In this document: in pieces, positions 1-10,598 of the stretch
Position numbering within the stretch: position 1 is the first letter of the stretch
Layout: every line of letters begins with the position of its first letter
Origin: an uncultured Nitrospiraceae bacterium
GTDB lineage: Bacteria; Nitrospirota; Nitrospiria; Nitrospirales; Nitrospiraceae
Direction: 5' to 3'
DNA: 64,000 nucleotides
NCBI GenBank assembly: GCA_963846575.1
Contig: CAWJWJ010000002.1
Span: 2,016,001-2,080,000 of the forward strand
The notes under the pieces: generated by a model
What the model saw: the letters and a program-made list of their open reading frames with translations, nothing else
The model's database searches: none
What the model was told of the DNA's origin: nothing
Made by a program: the position numbers and the translations under genes

Positions 1-198
1 AGCGGGTATCCGGGTGGGCTGAAAACACTGACCGCCGAACACATCCACCGGAAACAACCCACGGAGCTTTTGACCAGAGCCATTGAGGGCATGTTGCCCA
101 AGACTCCCCTCGGAAATCACATGGCCAAGAAACTGCGCGTCTATGCCGGACCGACGCATCCGCATCACGCGCAGCAGCTAGAATCCCTCTCATTGTGA
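1..198 (+). CDS. rplM: 50S ribosomal protein L13, C-terminal part (5' truncated by window edge)
   Basis: Own translation of frame 1: SGYPGGLK...AIEGMLPKTPLG...KKLRVYAGPTHPHHAQQ, TGA at 196-198; directly upstream of rpsI. Confidence 0.96.
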   Translation, partial: SGYPGGLKTLTAEHIHRKQPTELLTRAIEGMLPKTPLGNHMAKKLRVYAGPTHPHHAQQLESLSL

Positions 199-240
199 CC
201 ATTATTGTTCGATCTGAATCTTTGAAGGAGACCGCCTGAT

Positions 241-633
241 ATGGCAGCATTGACGCAGTATGCAACCGGAAAAAGAAAGAGTGCGATTGCTCGTGCCTGG
301 GTGACCGCCTCCGCAGGTGATATCGTCGTAAATCAGAAGCCCCTGGAAAAAGCATTCCCCCGAATGACGCTGCGAAATGTCATCCAGTTCCCGTTTGAGT
401 TAGCCGGTGTCGCGGGGAAGTATTCCGTTCGTGCCACAGTGTATGGGGGGGGGCCAGCTGGCCAGGCCGGAGCCTTGCGCCATGCCATCTCCAAGGCCCT
501 GGTGATCATGAGCGCGGCGTTTCGCAGCCCCCTGAAAAAGGAAGGCCTGCTGACCCGTGACTCACGCGTGAAAGAGCGTAAGAAATACGGCCAAAAGGGT
601 GCCAGAAAGCGCTTCCAATACTCGAAGCGGTAA
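241..633 (+). CDS. rpsI: 30S ribosomal protein S9
   Basis: TGKRKSAIAR, GGGPAGQAGALRHAISKAL, LTRDSRVKERKKYG...QYSKR; GAAGGAG RBS. Confidence 0.98.
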   Translation: MAALTQYATGKRKSAIARAWVTASAGDIVVNQKPLEKAFPRMTLRNVIQFPFELAGVAGKYSVRATVYGGGPAGQAGALRHAISKALVIMSAAFRSPLKKEGLLTRDSRVKERKKYGQKGARKRFQYSKR

Positions 634-657
634 CGACATCTGGAGCGATATGGTTTC

Positions 658-689
658 AAAAGGGAAGGCTCCGCAGCCTTCCCTTTTTT
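658..689 (+). terminator. Rho-independent terminator after rplM-rpsI
   Basis: AAAAGGGAAGGCT-CCGC-AGCCTTCCCTTTTTT: perfect stem plus U tract. Confidence 0.9.
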
Positions 690-741
690 ATTGCGCGATA
701 ACTGACCGAAAATATTATGGATATCGTTCAGGAGAAGTGAC

Positions 742-1815
742 ATGACATCTGCACGAGTGGCCGTAGCGGGCGCCAGTGGGTATACAGGAGCAGAGTTGTT
801 AAGGTTGCTTTCTCAACACCCACGAGTCAACCTCACAGCGGTGACGTCCGAGAAGTCAGCCGGCGTTGCGGTATCATCGATCTATCCCCACCTACAGGGC
901 GTGGTTCAATTGAACTTTGAGGCTTTGGCTCCGGAGGCCTTGGCAGAACGTGCCGATGTTCTTTTTCTCGCACTGCCCCACACCAAATCAATGGGACCGG
1001 TGGCGACCTGCTTGAAGGCTGGTAAACGAGTCATCGACCTGAGTGCGGACTTCAGGCTCAAGAATCCTCACATCTATGAAACCTGGTATCAGGCTCCGCA
1101 CGCGCATCCCGAACTGATCGACACCGCCGTCTACGGTCTGCCAGAGTTACATCGATCCTCCATCACGCAGGCTCGCCTGGTCGCGTCGCCCGGTTGTTAT
1201 CCCACCGCCGCGATTCTGCAATTGGCGCCGCTTCTCGCACATGACCTGATCGCGCCCGATACCATTGTCATAGATGCGAAGTCCGGTGTATCGGGAGCCG
1301 GCAGAAGTCCCGCCCTCCCCTACCATTTCCCGGAAGCGCATGAATCGTTGGAGCCTTACAAGATAGGCCAGCATCGACATATCCCTGAAATAGAACAGGA
1401 ACTTACCGGACTCATCCAAAAACACGGCCGGGGGGTCGCAGCAGAAGATACTAGCGTCACGATCGCCTTCACGCCACACCTGGTGCCTATGAACCGAGGC
1501 ATTCTGAGCACCGCCTATGCCCGGACAAAGGGAAAACTCGACCTTGGTGAGCTGAGAGCCCTCTACCGTGATTTTTACAAGGGGGAACGATTCGTGCGGT
1601 TGCTTGAGAGCGCCATGCCGAACCCGCGACATGTGCGAGGCGCCAATTACTGTGATGTTGCGGTGCATGCCGATATGCGAGCCGGCTGGGTCGTGACCGT
1701 CTCAGCCATCGACAATCTCATCAAAGGTGCGGCAGGACAAGCCATTCAAGCCATGAATCTCATGCTGGGATATCCGGAGGAGATGGGCCTGGTCGCGCCC
1801 GGAATCTATCCCTAA
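742..1815 (+). CDS. argC: N-acetyl-gamma-glutamyl-phosphate reductase
   Basis: GASGYTGAEL, VIDLSADFR, YGLPEL, SPGCYPTA, SGVSGAG, DNLIKGAAGQAIQ. Confidence 0.97.
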   Translation: MTSARVAVAGASGYTGAELLRLLSQHPRVNLTAVTSEKSAGVAVSSIYPHLQGVVQLNFEALAPEALAERADVLFLALPHTKSMGPVATCLKAGKRVIDLSADFRLKNPHIYETWYQAPHAHPELIDTAVYGLPELHRSSITQARLVASPGCYPTAAILQLAPLLAHDLIAPDTIVIDAKSGVSGAGRSPALPYHFPEAHESLEPYKIGQHRHIPEIEQELTGLIQKHGRGVAAEDTSVTIAFTPHLVPMNRGILSTAYARTKGKLDLGELRALYRDFYKGERFVRLLESAMPNPRHVRGANYCDVAVHADMRAGWVVTVSAIDNLIKGAAGQAIQAMNLMLGYPEEMGLVAPGIYP

Positions 1816-1875
1816 CCTCGGCCAATCGGCGAGCCTTCGGACGAACCATCCCTACTCCACCCACATAGGACATAC

Positions 1876-3081
1876 ATGAAAACTATCCCAGGAGGCGTCA
1901 CAGCCCCGCGTGGGTTTCTGGCTGCAGGAATCTACTGCGGGATCAAGAAAAAAAAGCAGCTTGATTTGGGGTTGCTGATCTCTGAGCAGGAAGGACCGAT
2001 CGCTGGGCTGTTTACGACCAATCGCATCGTGGCAGCACCGGTGATCCTTGATCGCCTCCATCTCAAGAAGGGCGTCGGTCGCGCGGTGCTCATCAACAGC
2101 GGGAATGCCAATGCCTGTACCGGGCCTGAGGGCATGCGGGCGGCTACGGATATGGCGCAACTGGTGGCCACAGCGCTCCAAGTTCCCACCCATACCGTTT
2201 TCATCGGATCGACCGGAGTGATTGGTCAACCGCTTCCGATTGGCCGCATAAAAAAAGCATTTCCAACTCTGCTGGCACGAATTTCCAATAGCGGCGGTCG
2301 AGAAGTGGCGCAGGCCATCATGACGACCGACCTCAAGCCTAAGGAAGCGGCTGTGAGCGCTCGACTGGGAGGAAAGCTGGTAACGGTCGGGGGAATGGCC
2401 AAGGGCTCCGGCATGATTCATCCCAACATGGCGACTATGTTGGCGTATCTCACAACGGATGCACTCATCGGTCAGCGCGCGCTTCAAACGGCACTCCGTC
2501 AGGCAGTGGCCCAATCATTCAACTGTATCTCGGTCGATGGAGATACCAGCACGAACGACACTGTTTTGTGCCTCGCTAATGGAATGGCGGGGAATGAGAA
2601 ACTCACACCCGGCTCACCGGGCTTTCTCAGTTTTTGCGCGATGGTCGAAACGGTCTGCCGGACATTAGCGTTGAAAATTTGCTGGGATGGAGAGGGCGTA
2701 ACAAAAGTTGTGCGGATCCAGGTGCAAGGCGCCAGAACCAAACAATCGGCTCGGCAGGTGGCGCAAACAATTGCCACTTCAAACCTGGTAAAGACCGCAT
2801 TGTTCGGCGGGGATGCAAATTGGGGACGTGTGATGGCCGCCCTCGGCCGTGCCGGGGTCGCCATCGATCCTGAGACTGTGAGCCTGCGTTTCGGCAATGT
2901 GGCGATGGTGCGACAGGGACAAGGCCTCGGTCCGGCGGCCGAGCGACGGCTGGCCAAAGTGTTCCAGGAGCGAGACTTCACTATTCTCGTCGACCTGGGC
3001 CTGGGCGAGGAGAAAGCCCACGTGTGGACCACCGATTTGTCCTATGAATACGTGCGCATCAACGCCAGTTACCGATCGTGA
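1876..3081 (+). CDS. argJ: Bifunctional ornithine acetyltransferase/N-acetylglutamate synthase
   Basis: NSGNANACTG, IMTTD, KGSGMIHPNMATML, DGDTSTNDT, DGEG, YVRINASYRS. Confidence 0.97.
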   Translation: MKTIPGGVTAPRGFLAAGIYCGIKKKKQLDLGLLISEQEGPIAGLFTTNRIVAAPVILDRLHLKKGVGRAVLINSGNANACTGPEGMRAATDMAQLVATALQVPTHTVFIGSTGVIGQPLPIGRIKKAFPTLLARISNSGGREVAQAIMTTDLKPKEAAVSARLGGKLVTVGGMAKGSGMIHPNMATMLAYLTTDALIGQRALQTALRQAVAQSFNCISVDGDTSTNDTVLCLANGMAGNEKLTPGSPGFLSFCAMVETVCRTLALKICWDGEGVTKVVRIQVQGARTKQSARQVAQTIATSNLVKTALFGGDANWGRVMAALGRAGVAIDPETVSLRFGNVAMVRQGQGLGPAAERRLAKVFQERDFTILVDLGLGEEKAHVWTTDLSYEYVRINASYRS

Positions 3082-3309
3082 CCGAGCCCAGGTTGGTTGC
3101 AAAGTAGACAGGATTATGCTAGCGTTCGTGCGTTTCCGTGCAGTGAAGGGTCGGTCCCACCGTTCACGGCTTGAGCCACAATCAGGGACGTCTTATTTAA
3201 ATCCAAACCAGCGTGATGCGCACGCTGCGCAGCCTGAGAATAAGGGGGACATCCTCCTCGTCATCGGCATTTGCCAGACGCTCTGCAGGCTTCGAAGGGA
3301 GGTGAAGGT

Positions 3310-4083
3310 ATGGGAGTAGTTGCGATTAAGGAATTACTGGAAGCCGGTGTCCATTTCGGCCACCAGACGAACCGTTGGAATCCAAAGATGAAGCGATTCC
3401 TCTTCGGCGAAAGAAACGGCGTCTATATCATCGACTTGCAACAGACCGTCGCCCGCATGGAGCAGGCCTATGCCTTCGCGCGAGACACCGTGGCGGCCGG
3501 TGACTCCGTTCTATTCGTCGGCACAAAGCGACAAGCAGCCGAGATTTTGGAAGAAGAGGCCAAACGAGCCAACCAGTTCTTCATCAACCAGCGATGGTTG
3601 GGCGGCATGCTGACCAATTTCCAGACTATCCGGCGCAGCATCGATAAGATGAAAAAGATGGAAGCGACCATCGCTGATCCGACTCATCAGGGCCATACCA
3701 AAAAAGAGCTCGGCCAGATGCAGAAAGAAGTCGTAAAACTTCAAAAGAATCTGTCAGGCATCCGCAACATGCGTGCCTTGCCAGGGGCCGTGTTCATCCT
3801 CGATACGCGGATCGAACACATTGCAATTCTCGAAGCCAGCAGGCTGGAAATTCCAGTCATTGCCATCCTCGATTCGAATTGCGATCCGGACCATATTCAG
3901 TACCCCATTCCCGGCAACGACGACGCCATTCGCTCGATCAAGTTGATTATTTCGCGAATCGCGGACGCCTGCCTCGAAGGTGCCCATCTCCGGGCACAGC
4001 AGGAAGAAACCGAGTTTGCGGCAGCCCCGGCAGGCAGTGGTGGGAAACCAACCGCCCACCTGGCCGGTGTGTCTGCTCTCTAG
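3310..4083 (+). CDS. rpsB: 30S ribosomal protein S2
   Basis: LLEAGVHFGHQT..WNPKM, RWLGGMLTN, PGNDDAIRS; start placed at ATG 3310 after GGGAGGTG. Confidence 0.98.
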   Translation: MGVVAIKELLEAGVHFGHQTNRWNPKMKRFLFGERNGVYIIDLQQTVARMEQAYAFARDTVAAGDSVLFVGTKRQAAEILEEEAKRANQFFINQRWLGGMLTNFQTIRRSIDKMKKMEATIADPTHQGHTKKELGQMQKEVVKLQKNLSGIRNMRALPGAVFILDTRIEHIAILEASRLEIPVIAILDSNCDPDHIQYPIPGNDDAIRSIKLIISRIADACLEGAHLRAQQEETEFAAAPAGSGGKPTAHLAGVSAL

Positions 4084-4135
4084 ATGCCGCACCCCGCTCG
4101 ACGGAATTTGTTTTATTCGACTAACTGAGGAGCCC

Positions 4136-4732
4136 ATGGCAAGTCTGAGTGATCTCGTTAAAGAGCTGCGTGAAAAAACTGGGGCCGGCATTCTGGACTG
4201 TCAGAAAGCCTTATCCGAAAATGGAAGCAACATAGACAAGGCAATCGATTATCTCCGGCAAAAGGGGCTGGCAGCGGCCCAGAAAAAAGCCGGTCGTGAA
4301 ACCAACCAGGGCTTGATCCACGCCTACATTCACGCGGGCGGAAAAATAGGAGTCCTCATCGAAGTCAATTGCGAAACAGACTTCGTGGCGAGAAATGAGC
4401 AGTTCAAAGCGTTCGTAAATGATTTGGCCCTGCAGGTAGCGGCCGCAAGCCCCTCTTGCGTCAGACGGGAAGAAATTCCAGAAGAGGTGGTCACGAAGGA
4501 ACGCAGTATCTATGAAGGACAGGCCAAAGAATTGGGCAAGCCGCCGGCAGCCTGGCCAAAAATTGTGGACGGCAAGCTTGAAAAGTTTTTCCAGGAGAAC
4601 TGCTTGCTCGAACAGGCCTTCATCAAGGACCCGTCTGTGACGATAAAAGATCTGCTGTCGCAGCAGATCGGCAAGATCGGCGAGAATATGAACATTCGCC
4701 GATTTACCCGGTATCAATTAGGCCAGGCATGA
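4136..4732 (+). CDS. tsf: Elongation factor Ts (short form, about 198 aa)
   Basis: [38 protein letters not shown] before ATG 4136. Confidence 0.97.
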   Translation: MASLSDLVKELREKTGAGILDCQKALSENGSNIDKAIDYLRQKGLAAAQKKAGRETNQGLIHAYIHAGGKIGVLIEVNCETDFVARNEQFKAFVNDLALQVAAASPSCVRREEIPEEVVTKERSIYEGQAKELGKPPAAWPKIVDGKLEKFFQENCLLEQAFIKDPSVTIKDLLSQQIGKIGENMNIRRFTRYQLGQA

Positions 4733-5454
4733 ATGCTGCCCATTACCGCCGCATCCTGCTGAAAGTCAGCGGAGAAATGCTGGCCGGTGAGCAGGGCTAT
4801 GGCATTCAACCTTCAATACTTGAAGGTCTGGCGGATGAAATTGCCGACGTCGTCGCGATGGACGTTGAAGTAGCGGTCGTGATCGGGGGCGGCAATATCT
4901 TTCGAGGTTTGGCCGCCAGCGCGCGCGGTATGGAGCGGGCCTCAGCCGACTACATGGGCATGCTGGCCACCGTGTTGAACGCGCTTGCGCTTCAAAATGC
5001 GCTGGAAAGCAAAGGAGTCACCACGCGCGTTCAATCGGCAATTGAGATGCGGCAATTGGCGGAAGGCTATATTAGACGTCGGGCCATTCGGCATTTGGAG
5101 AAGAAACGTGTCGTGATTTTTGCCGGGGGAACGGGAAATCCCTACTTCTCCACCGACACGGCCGCATCACTCAGGGCGATGGAGATCGGTGCGCAGGTCA
5201 TCATGAAAGGCACCAAGGTCGACGGCATCTACGACAGTGATCCCGTCAAGAATCCGCAGGCCAAAAAATACACTGAAATCCCCTTCCTATCGATTCTGAC
5301 CCAGAATTTAAAAGTGATGGACTCAACGGCCATCAGCCTCTGCATGGACAACCGGCTGCCGTTGATCGTCTTCAACTTAAAGGAGAAGGGAAACTTTAAA
5401 CGGGTCGTCCAAGGGGATCCCATCGGGACCCTGGTCACCGTGGGAAGTCGCTAA
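4729..5454 (+). CDS. pyrH: UMP kinase
   Basis: [34 protein letters not shown]. Confidence 0.97.
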   Translation: MNAAHYRRILLKVSGEMLAGEQGYGIQPSILEGLADEIADVVAMDVEVAVVIGGGNIFRGLAASARGMERASADYMGMLATVLNALALQNALESKGVTTRVQSAIEMRQLAEGYIRRRAIRHLEKKRVVIFAGGTGNPYFSTDTAASLRAMEIGAQVIMKGTKVDGIYDSDPVKNPQAKKYTEIPFLSILTQNLKVMDSTAISLCMDNRLPLIVFNLKEKGNFKRVVQGDPIGTLVTVGSR

Positions 5455-5466
5455 GGAGAGTGGCTC

Positions 5467-6030
5467 ATGTCGACGGCGCAGGCGGTGAAACAGCACGTAA
5501 CTGAAAAAATGGATCATGCGATCGAACATTTGAAGCGCGATCTCGCAGGGCTGCGCACTGGCCGCGCATCAGTGGCCCTCGTAGACGGTATCAAAGTTGA
5601 CTATTATGGCACAATGACGCCCCTCAAACAGGTCGCGAATGTCGCGACCCCGGAAGCACGGCTCATCACGATCCAGCCCTGGGAACAGAACCTCATCAGG
5701 GAAATCGAAAAGGCGATTCAAATCTCCGACCTCGGATTGACTCCCTCGAACGATGGAAAGTTGATCCGCATTCCCCTCCCGCCGCTCACGGAAGAACGCC
5801 GGAAGGAACTTATCAAGGTCTGCAAGAAACACGGCGAAGAGGTCAAAGTACAGATTCGCGGCTTCCGGCGGGACGGGAACGAAGAGCTCAAAAAGCTGCA
5901 GAAGGAGACGAAACTCACGGAGGACGAACTGCGCAAATCGGAAGCCGAAATTCAAAAACTAACCGATCAGTACGTGCAAAAGATCGACGATGTCATGAAG
6001 AAAAAAGAAGGCGAAATTCTCGAAGTGTGA
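5467..6030 (+). CDS. frr: Ribosome recycling factor
   Basis: LRTGRAS, VDYYG, PPLTEERRKEL; conserved position after pyrH. Confidence 0.97.
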   Translation: MSTAQAVKQHVTEKMDHAIEHLKRDLAGLRTGRASVALVDGIKVDYYGTMTPLKQVANVATPEARLITIQPWEQNLIREIEKAIQISDLGLTPSNDGKLIRIPLPPLTEERRKELIKVCKKHGEEVKVQIRGFRRDGNEELKKLQKETKLTEDELRKSEAEIQKLTDQYVQKIDDVMKKKEGEILEV

Positions 6031-6055
6031 CGCCTTCCTCCGCACGACAGGCTGC

Positions 6056-7213
6056 GTGTACACGCCCTCTCACTTTCTCCCAACCTCCGCCTCAGTCGAC
6101 CTGGGTGCTCTCGCACGGAACCTCGGGCATGTGCGGTGTCTTGCCCCGCGCTCCGATATTCTCGCCATTGTAAAGGCCAACGCCTATGGCCATGGCGCGG
6201 TCGAAATTACGCGCGCCCTTCAACAGCTGACCGTGCAACGGTTTGGTGTCGCAACGGTCGACGAGGGTGTTGCCCTGCGACAAGCAGGCATTCACGACTC
6301 CGTTGTAGTAATGGGAGCGACCGCTCCTGCACAGTTCGCCGACCTGGTGGCTCACCGGCTGACACCGGTTCTGTTTCGGGCCGACATGGTGCATTCCTTC
6401 GCCGCAATCGTACCGACCGACGCCATGCCCTACCCTGTGCATGTCAAAATCGATACAGGCATGGGCCGGCTCGGCCTCGCTTCCGAAGAATTACCTGATC
6501 TCGTGGGCAGCCCATCTTTTCACACGGTACTACGTCTGGAAGGGCTCCTGACGCATCTGGCCGACGCCGATAACCTCGACCAGGGGCATACTGAAGCACA
6601 ACTCGCCCGCTTTCAGCGAGTCCTGGAGACGCTGCAGCAACGTGGCTTCATGGTCCCGCTTGTTCACGCGGCGAACAGCGCGGCCATCGTCAAATATCCT
6701 GCGAGTCGCTATTCACTCGTGCGACCCGGCATTATGCTGTATGGATACCAAACCCACTCGCAGGAGCCCCCCACATCGGACGTGCGACCGATTCTCACTT
6801 GGAAGACGACCATCGCCCACCTGCACAGCATCCGCCCCAGGGAGAGCGTCAGTTACAACCGGACATTCATCGCCACCCGGCAGTCACGCATCGCAGTCCT
6901 GCCGGTCGGGTATGCCGACGGGTATAACCGACTCCTGTCCAACCGCGGCACGGTGCTGATTCGTGGGCGGCGCGCACCGGTAGTCGGACGTATTTGCATG
7001 GACATGACCATGATCGATGTGACAGACGTGCCCGGCGTAGAAATCGGCGACGAAACCATTCTGATCGGGGAACAGGGACAAGAGCGCATCACTGCAGCCG
7101 ATCTGGCTTCTTGGCAACAGACAATTCCCTACGAAGTTCTCTGCGCAATCGGACCCCGCGTACCTCGACAGTATCTTCCGCTTCCATCCGGCAATAGCAC
7201 AGAACGGTCGTAA
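6056..7213 (+). CDS. alr: Alanine racemase
   Basis: AIVKANAYGHG (PLP Lys), KIDTGMGRLG, VRPGIMLYG, GYADG, GRICMD, TIPYE. Confidence 0.96.
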   Translation: MYTPSHFLPTSASVDLGALARNLGHVRCLAPRSDILAIVKANAYGHGAVEITRALQQLTVQRFGVATVDEGVALRQAGIHDSVVVMGATAPAQFADLVAHRLTPVLFRADMVHSFAAIVPTDAMPYPVHVKIDTGMGRLGLASEELPDLVGSPSFHTVLRLEGLLTHLADADNLDQGHTEAQLARFQRVLETLQQRGFMVPLVHAANSAAIVKYPASRYSLVRPGIMLYGYQTHSQEPPTSDVRPILTWKTTIAHLHSIRPRESVSYNRTFIATRQSRIAVLPVGYADGYNRLLSNRGTVLIRGRRAPVVGRICMDMTMIDVTDVPGVEIGDETILIGEQGQERITAADLASWQQTIPYEVLCAIGPRVPRQYLPLPSGNSTERS

Positions 7214-7381
7214 CGCATCCATTCGGCCCTTCACGAGCGTGACACAGTCGCAACCCTCCCCGAACTCACCCACCTAGACGGACGACCCTTGCCTTCGGAT
7301 TTGAGTTCCCCCATATTCATTGACGGTCCCCACACCCACTTCATGACGACCGTTCCACCCCGGTGGAACTGACAAGGAGAA

Positions 7382-8804
7382 ATGATGGACGGATGGCACC
7401 TGTTCACCTGGACTACAGTGACCTGGCTTTGTCTGACCATCCTGCTGGGGCTTTCCACGGACTCAGCACTGGCGGGAGAGAAGAACGCCTTCCCACAAGA
7501 CCGAGACGAAATCTCCGGTATCACGGTCTATATCCCGATTCTGCTACCGGCCGTCACCGAACTCTACGGCACTATTCATCGGGACGTGGCCTCCCATCGG
7601 ACTGCGGCCCGAGAGTGGATCACATTAGGGGGGGGGGACCGGATTCCTGAAGTATCGAATTTGGCCAGGTGAACAAGGTCTTAAGGTAGCGGCGGGTCAA
7701 CTGTTTTCCCTGGCAAATTTTCCGTTCGGCGTGGAGTATGCAAAAAGCCTGAACGGCACGCTCACAAAGGTGGCCGAATGCGGCCAGCGCGATGCGACGG
7801 ATGGTACAGGTCGGTTATCCGTACAGATCGCGACGACGTTCGACGAAGGCCGCGGTTATACGGTTATACCGAGGAGCAGGATTGCCGTGGTGAATACGGC
7901 CGGTGCCTGTTTATTATCGGAGCAGCGCGTTGATGCAGCGCCTCTGATGGCGCAAGTGTATCAAAGCGATCTTCACGGAATCCTGCCGGCCGTGGATCGA
8001 AAGGCCGCCTCTCTGGTGACGTTGAAACAGGCCGTGACTCGCGTGTGGAAGGAGTTGCAGGAGCCGATACTATTGGATAAGGAGCGAGCGCTCTGGCTCT
8101 TGGTAAACCCTGAAGCCGTCGGCGCGGCTGGCGTGGGAACTCTGGCGGAAAATCCAGCCGCGGTCTATGGAGTGACGGCGAGGCCTGCGGTGGTGCAGGG
8201 GGAGCAACACCCACAACCACTACCCTTGCCGGACCCGCAGAACCGATTTCAGAACGACGGCTTTCACGTCACCTTCACGCTGCAGGTTCCTATCGAAGAA
8301 GCCAACGAGCGCCTGCGGGAGGCGGTGGTCGGGCAGGAATGGTCGCTAGGAGTCGGGACAATTAAGATTGCCGGAGCGAGGCTCTATCCCCTGGGCGATC
8401 GGGTGGGGGTAGAACTGAGCCTTCGAGGACTGCTCCCATTGACGTTACATCTCAGAGGAAAACCGGCTTATGACGAGTCTACGGGAAAAATTTCGTTTCA
8501 GCAGGTGGACTACACCATCAAGGAGCGCACGACGGCCACAGATTTGGCGGAAGAATGGTTGCACGAACCGCTGCGTCACGAACTGGCTCGAAGACTCGTA
8601 CTTCCCATTCGCGAGGAACTGAACCTGATGCGCCAAGCTTTGGAAAACGGTGTAAACCGAGACCTGAAGGAAGGACGTTTGCACGGCACCGTGCAACAGC
8701 TGACGCTCAAAGACCTCGCGGTACAGTCCGACAGCCTCTCGGCCACCTTTAAAACCGACGGTGTCCTACAGTATGAAGCCCGTGGCGAGAGCGGACTCCC
8801 CTAG
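7382..8804 (+). pseudogene. Exported DUF4403-like protein split by a frameshift in a G10 tract (phase-variable gene, pseudogene or sequencing error)
   Basis: ORF 7382-7672 has a signal peptide-like N-terminus. Removing one G from 7628-7637 joins it in frame to ORF 7731-8804 (WITLGGG-TGFLKYRIWPG...FGVEYAKS). Family assigned from recalled similarity only. Confidence 0.7.
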
Positions 8805-8812
8805 GGCCTGCC

Positions 8813-9121
8813 CTACACCTTCAGCTTCCGTTTCAACTGCGATTCCACACTGGACACCTTACTCGACAGTCGCCCTTTGGGACCCTTTCGATAGTCGATC
8901 TTTATACTGCAGGAAATACGGTTACAGTCTTTGCGCATGCGTGTGTAACATTTCTTGACTACCGCCATGACCTCGTCCCATTCCCCTTCCAGCACGGTTC
9001 CCATCGGGTTCAGCCGATAGGCCACTCCGCTCCGATCGATAATGTCCAGGGAGCGCGACACATACTTGCTGACACTCTCGCCCTTCCCAAGCGGCGACAT
9101 ACTGAATTCCAATAGCACCAT
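8813..9121 (-). CDS. MTH1187/YkoF-like thiamine-binding protein (DUF77)
   Basis: EFSMSPLG.GESVSKYV, YRLNPMGTVLEGEWDEV, IKIDYRKG, KVSSVE. Confidence 0.9.
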   Translation of the reverse strand: MVLLEFSMSPLGKGESVSKYVSRSLDIIDRSGVAYRLNPMGTVLEGEWDEVMAVVKKCYTRMRKDCNRISCSIKIDYRKGPKGRLSSKVSSVESQLKRKLKV

Positions 9122-9138
9122 GGTCTTGGTAATCCTCT

Positions 9139-9798
9139 CTAAGGGGTGGTGGCGGGTGAGACGGGAGCCTGTTGGGTGGCGCGTTGGTCAAGCCATACTT
9201 TCGGATATTGCACTTTTCCAAGGAGGCGAAATCCATCCAAGGCCTCGCGAAGCAGAGCGCGGCGCTTTTCCGCGTCCGGTTCGTTAGCCTTCGCCTGCTC
9301 GCGAAGCTGTCCCAACCAATCGACAAACGCCGCAAATTCATTATCCAAAATTCGCTCCAGATCTTCCTTCATGAACCCGGATAAAGCCGGCGCCTGCCCG
9401 CTCGTGCTGACCGCCAGTCGAAGATGGCCGCAGCTGACGACCGCCGGCATGACCACGTTCGATACGTCGGGCTGGTCGACGGACCAGATCAGGAATTTCT
9501 GTTCGCGAGCGAGGCGCATGAGCGAATGCGATAGTTCGCGGTCACCTCGCACCGTGTTCAACACCAGGATGACGCTCTCCAGATCGTTGGCGCGAAAATG
9601 TCGCCCCCGATGGATAATCTTGGCCGAAGCCGCCAATTTGCGGAGCGCTTCGTGCATGGTGGGACTGATCACGGTCACCTTGGCGCCGGCCTCCAAGAGC
9701 CGTTGAACCTTTTCCGCGGCCTCCTCATCGCCACCGATCACCAGAACCGGCCAACCACGCACATCAAGTGAAATTTGAAAGCCAGAATTTGCAGCCAT
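9139..9798 (-). CDS. Precorrin-2 dehydrogenase/sirohydrochlorin ferrochelatase family protein (SirC/CysG N-terminal-like)
   Basis: VLVIGG...LLEAGAKVTVISP, VDQP, MPAVV, LAVSTSGQAPAL; nucleotide-binding loop is divergent. Confidence 0.8.
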   Translation of the reverse strand: MAANSGFQISLDVRGWPVLVIGGDEEAAEKVQRLLEAGAKVTVISPTMHEALRKLAASAKIIHRGRHFRANDLESVILVLNTVRGDRELSHSLMRLAREQKFLIWSVDQPDVSNVVMPAVVSCGHLRLAVSTSGQAPALSGFMKEDLERILDNEFAAFVDWLGQLREQAKANEPDAEKRRALLREALDGFRLLGKVQYPKVWLDQRATQQAPVSPATTP

Positions 9799-9971
9799 TG
9801 TTCCAATCCTCCAAGCCAGCGTCGAGAACGTAAAGGCGTATCATACAACAGGCGATTTCACAGGGTAAACCCGCTTCGGCATTCCACTTTGCGGCAGGAG
9901 CTGGGTATAATGCGCCCGCTGGATCACCGGCGCGCCTTCGCGTTCACCGGACGTAAACAAAGGAGCATACA

Positions 9972-10424
9972 GTGGCTGGATACACGGGACGATCCCTTGG
10001 GATGGCAGCAGGGATCATCGGCATTGCGGCGCTGGCCGCCTACTATGGCATTGCACACATTGGAGAACCACAGCAGGGTGGCGGTTCGATCGCCGGACAG
10101 GTGCAGATCTCGCCAAACCTGGCCGACCAGGTGAAGCCAACCGACGTGCTGTTCGTCATCGTGCGACGCCCGAGCGGGCCACCGCGGCCGATCGCTGCGA
10201 AACGGATCGACGGTCCGACGTTTCCGGTGCAGTTCGAAATCACCAGTGCGGATGTCATGGTGCAAGGCAGTGAACTGAAAGGCATGGTGGATGTCATCGC
10301 ACGCCTGGATCGCGACGGTCAGGCCGGGCAACCGCAACCGGGAGATATGGAAGGACGGTATGCAAAAAATCCGACCTTGCCGGGGGGACGCGATCTGTTG
10401 ATTACCATCGATAAGGTGTACTAG
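9972..10424 (+). CDS. Membrane-anchored protein like the C-terminal domain of CcmI/CycH cytochrome c biogenesis factors
   Basis: N-terminal TM helix; VQISPNLA...DVLFVIVR..GPPRPIAAKR...FP...VIARLDRDG.A..QPGDMEG. Confidence 0.75.
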   Translation: MAGYTGRSLGMAAGIIGIAALAAYYGIAHIGEPQQGGGSIAGQVQISPNLADQVKPTDVLFVIVRRPSGPPRPIAAKRIDGPTFPVQFEITSADVMVQGSELKGMVDVIARLDRDGQAGQPQPGDMEGRYAKNPTLPGGRDLLITIDKVY

Positions 10425-10447
10425 GCCAGCAGACAGCAACCCGTTCA

Positions 10448-10470
10448 CCGGGCATCGTCCCCGATGCCGG
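10448..10470. terminator. Hairpin between convergent genes (probable terminator)
   Basis: CCGGGCATCG-TCCC-CGATGCCGG inverted repeat. Confidence 0.5.
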
Positions 10471-10598
10471 TGGAGAGCACAGGCATCAGAATTCACGACC
10501 GAGACAGGTTGAGAGTGTGTGCAAAAGAGATCGTCGACGGTGACGCTTCCGACAATTGTCACGCCGGATGGTTCAGATGGTTCAGCGGACGAAATACG

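Noticed and set aside
445..453. G9 tract in rpsI
   Set aside because: In frame, encodes the conserved GGG of an essential protein; no sign of phase variation
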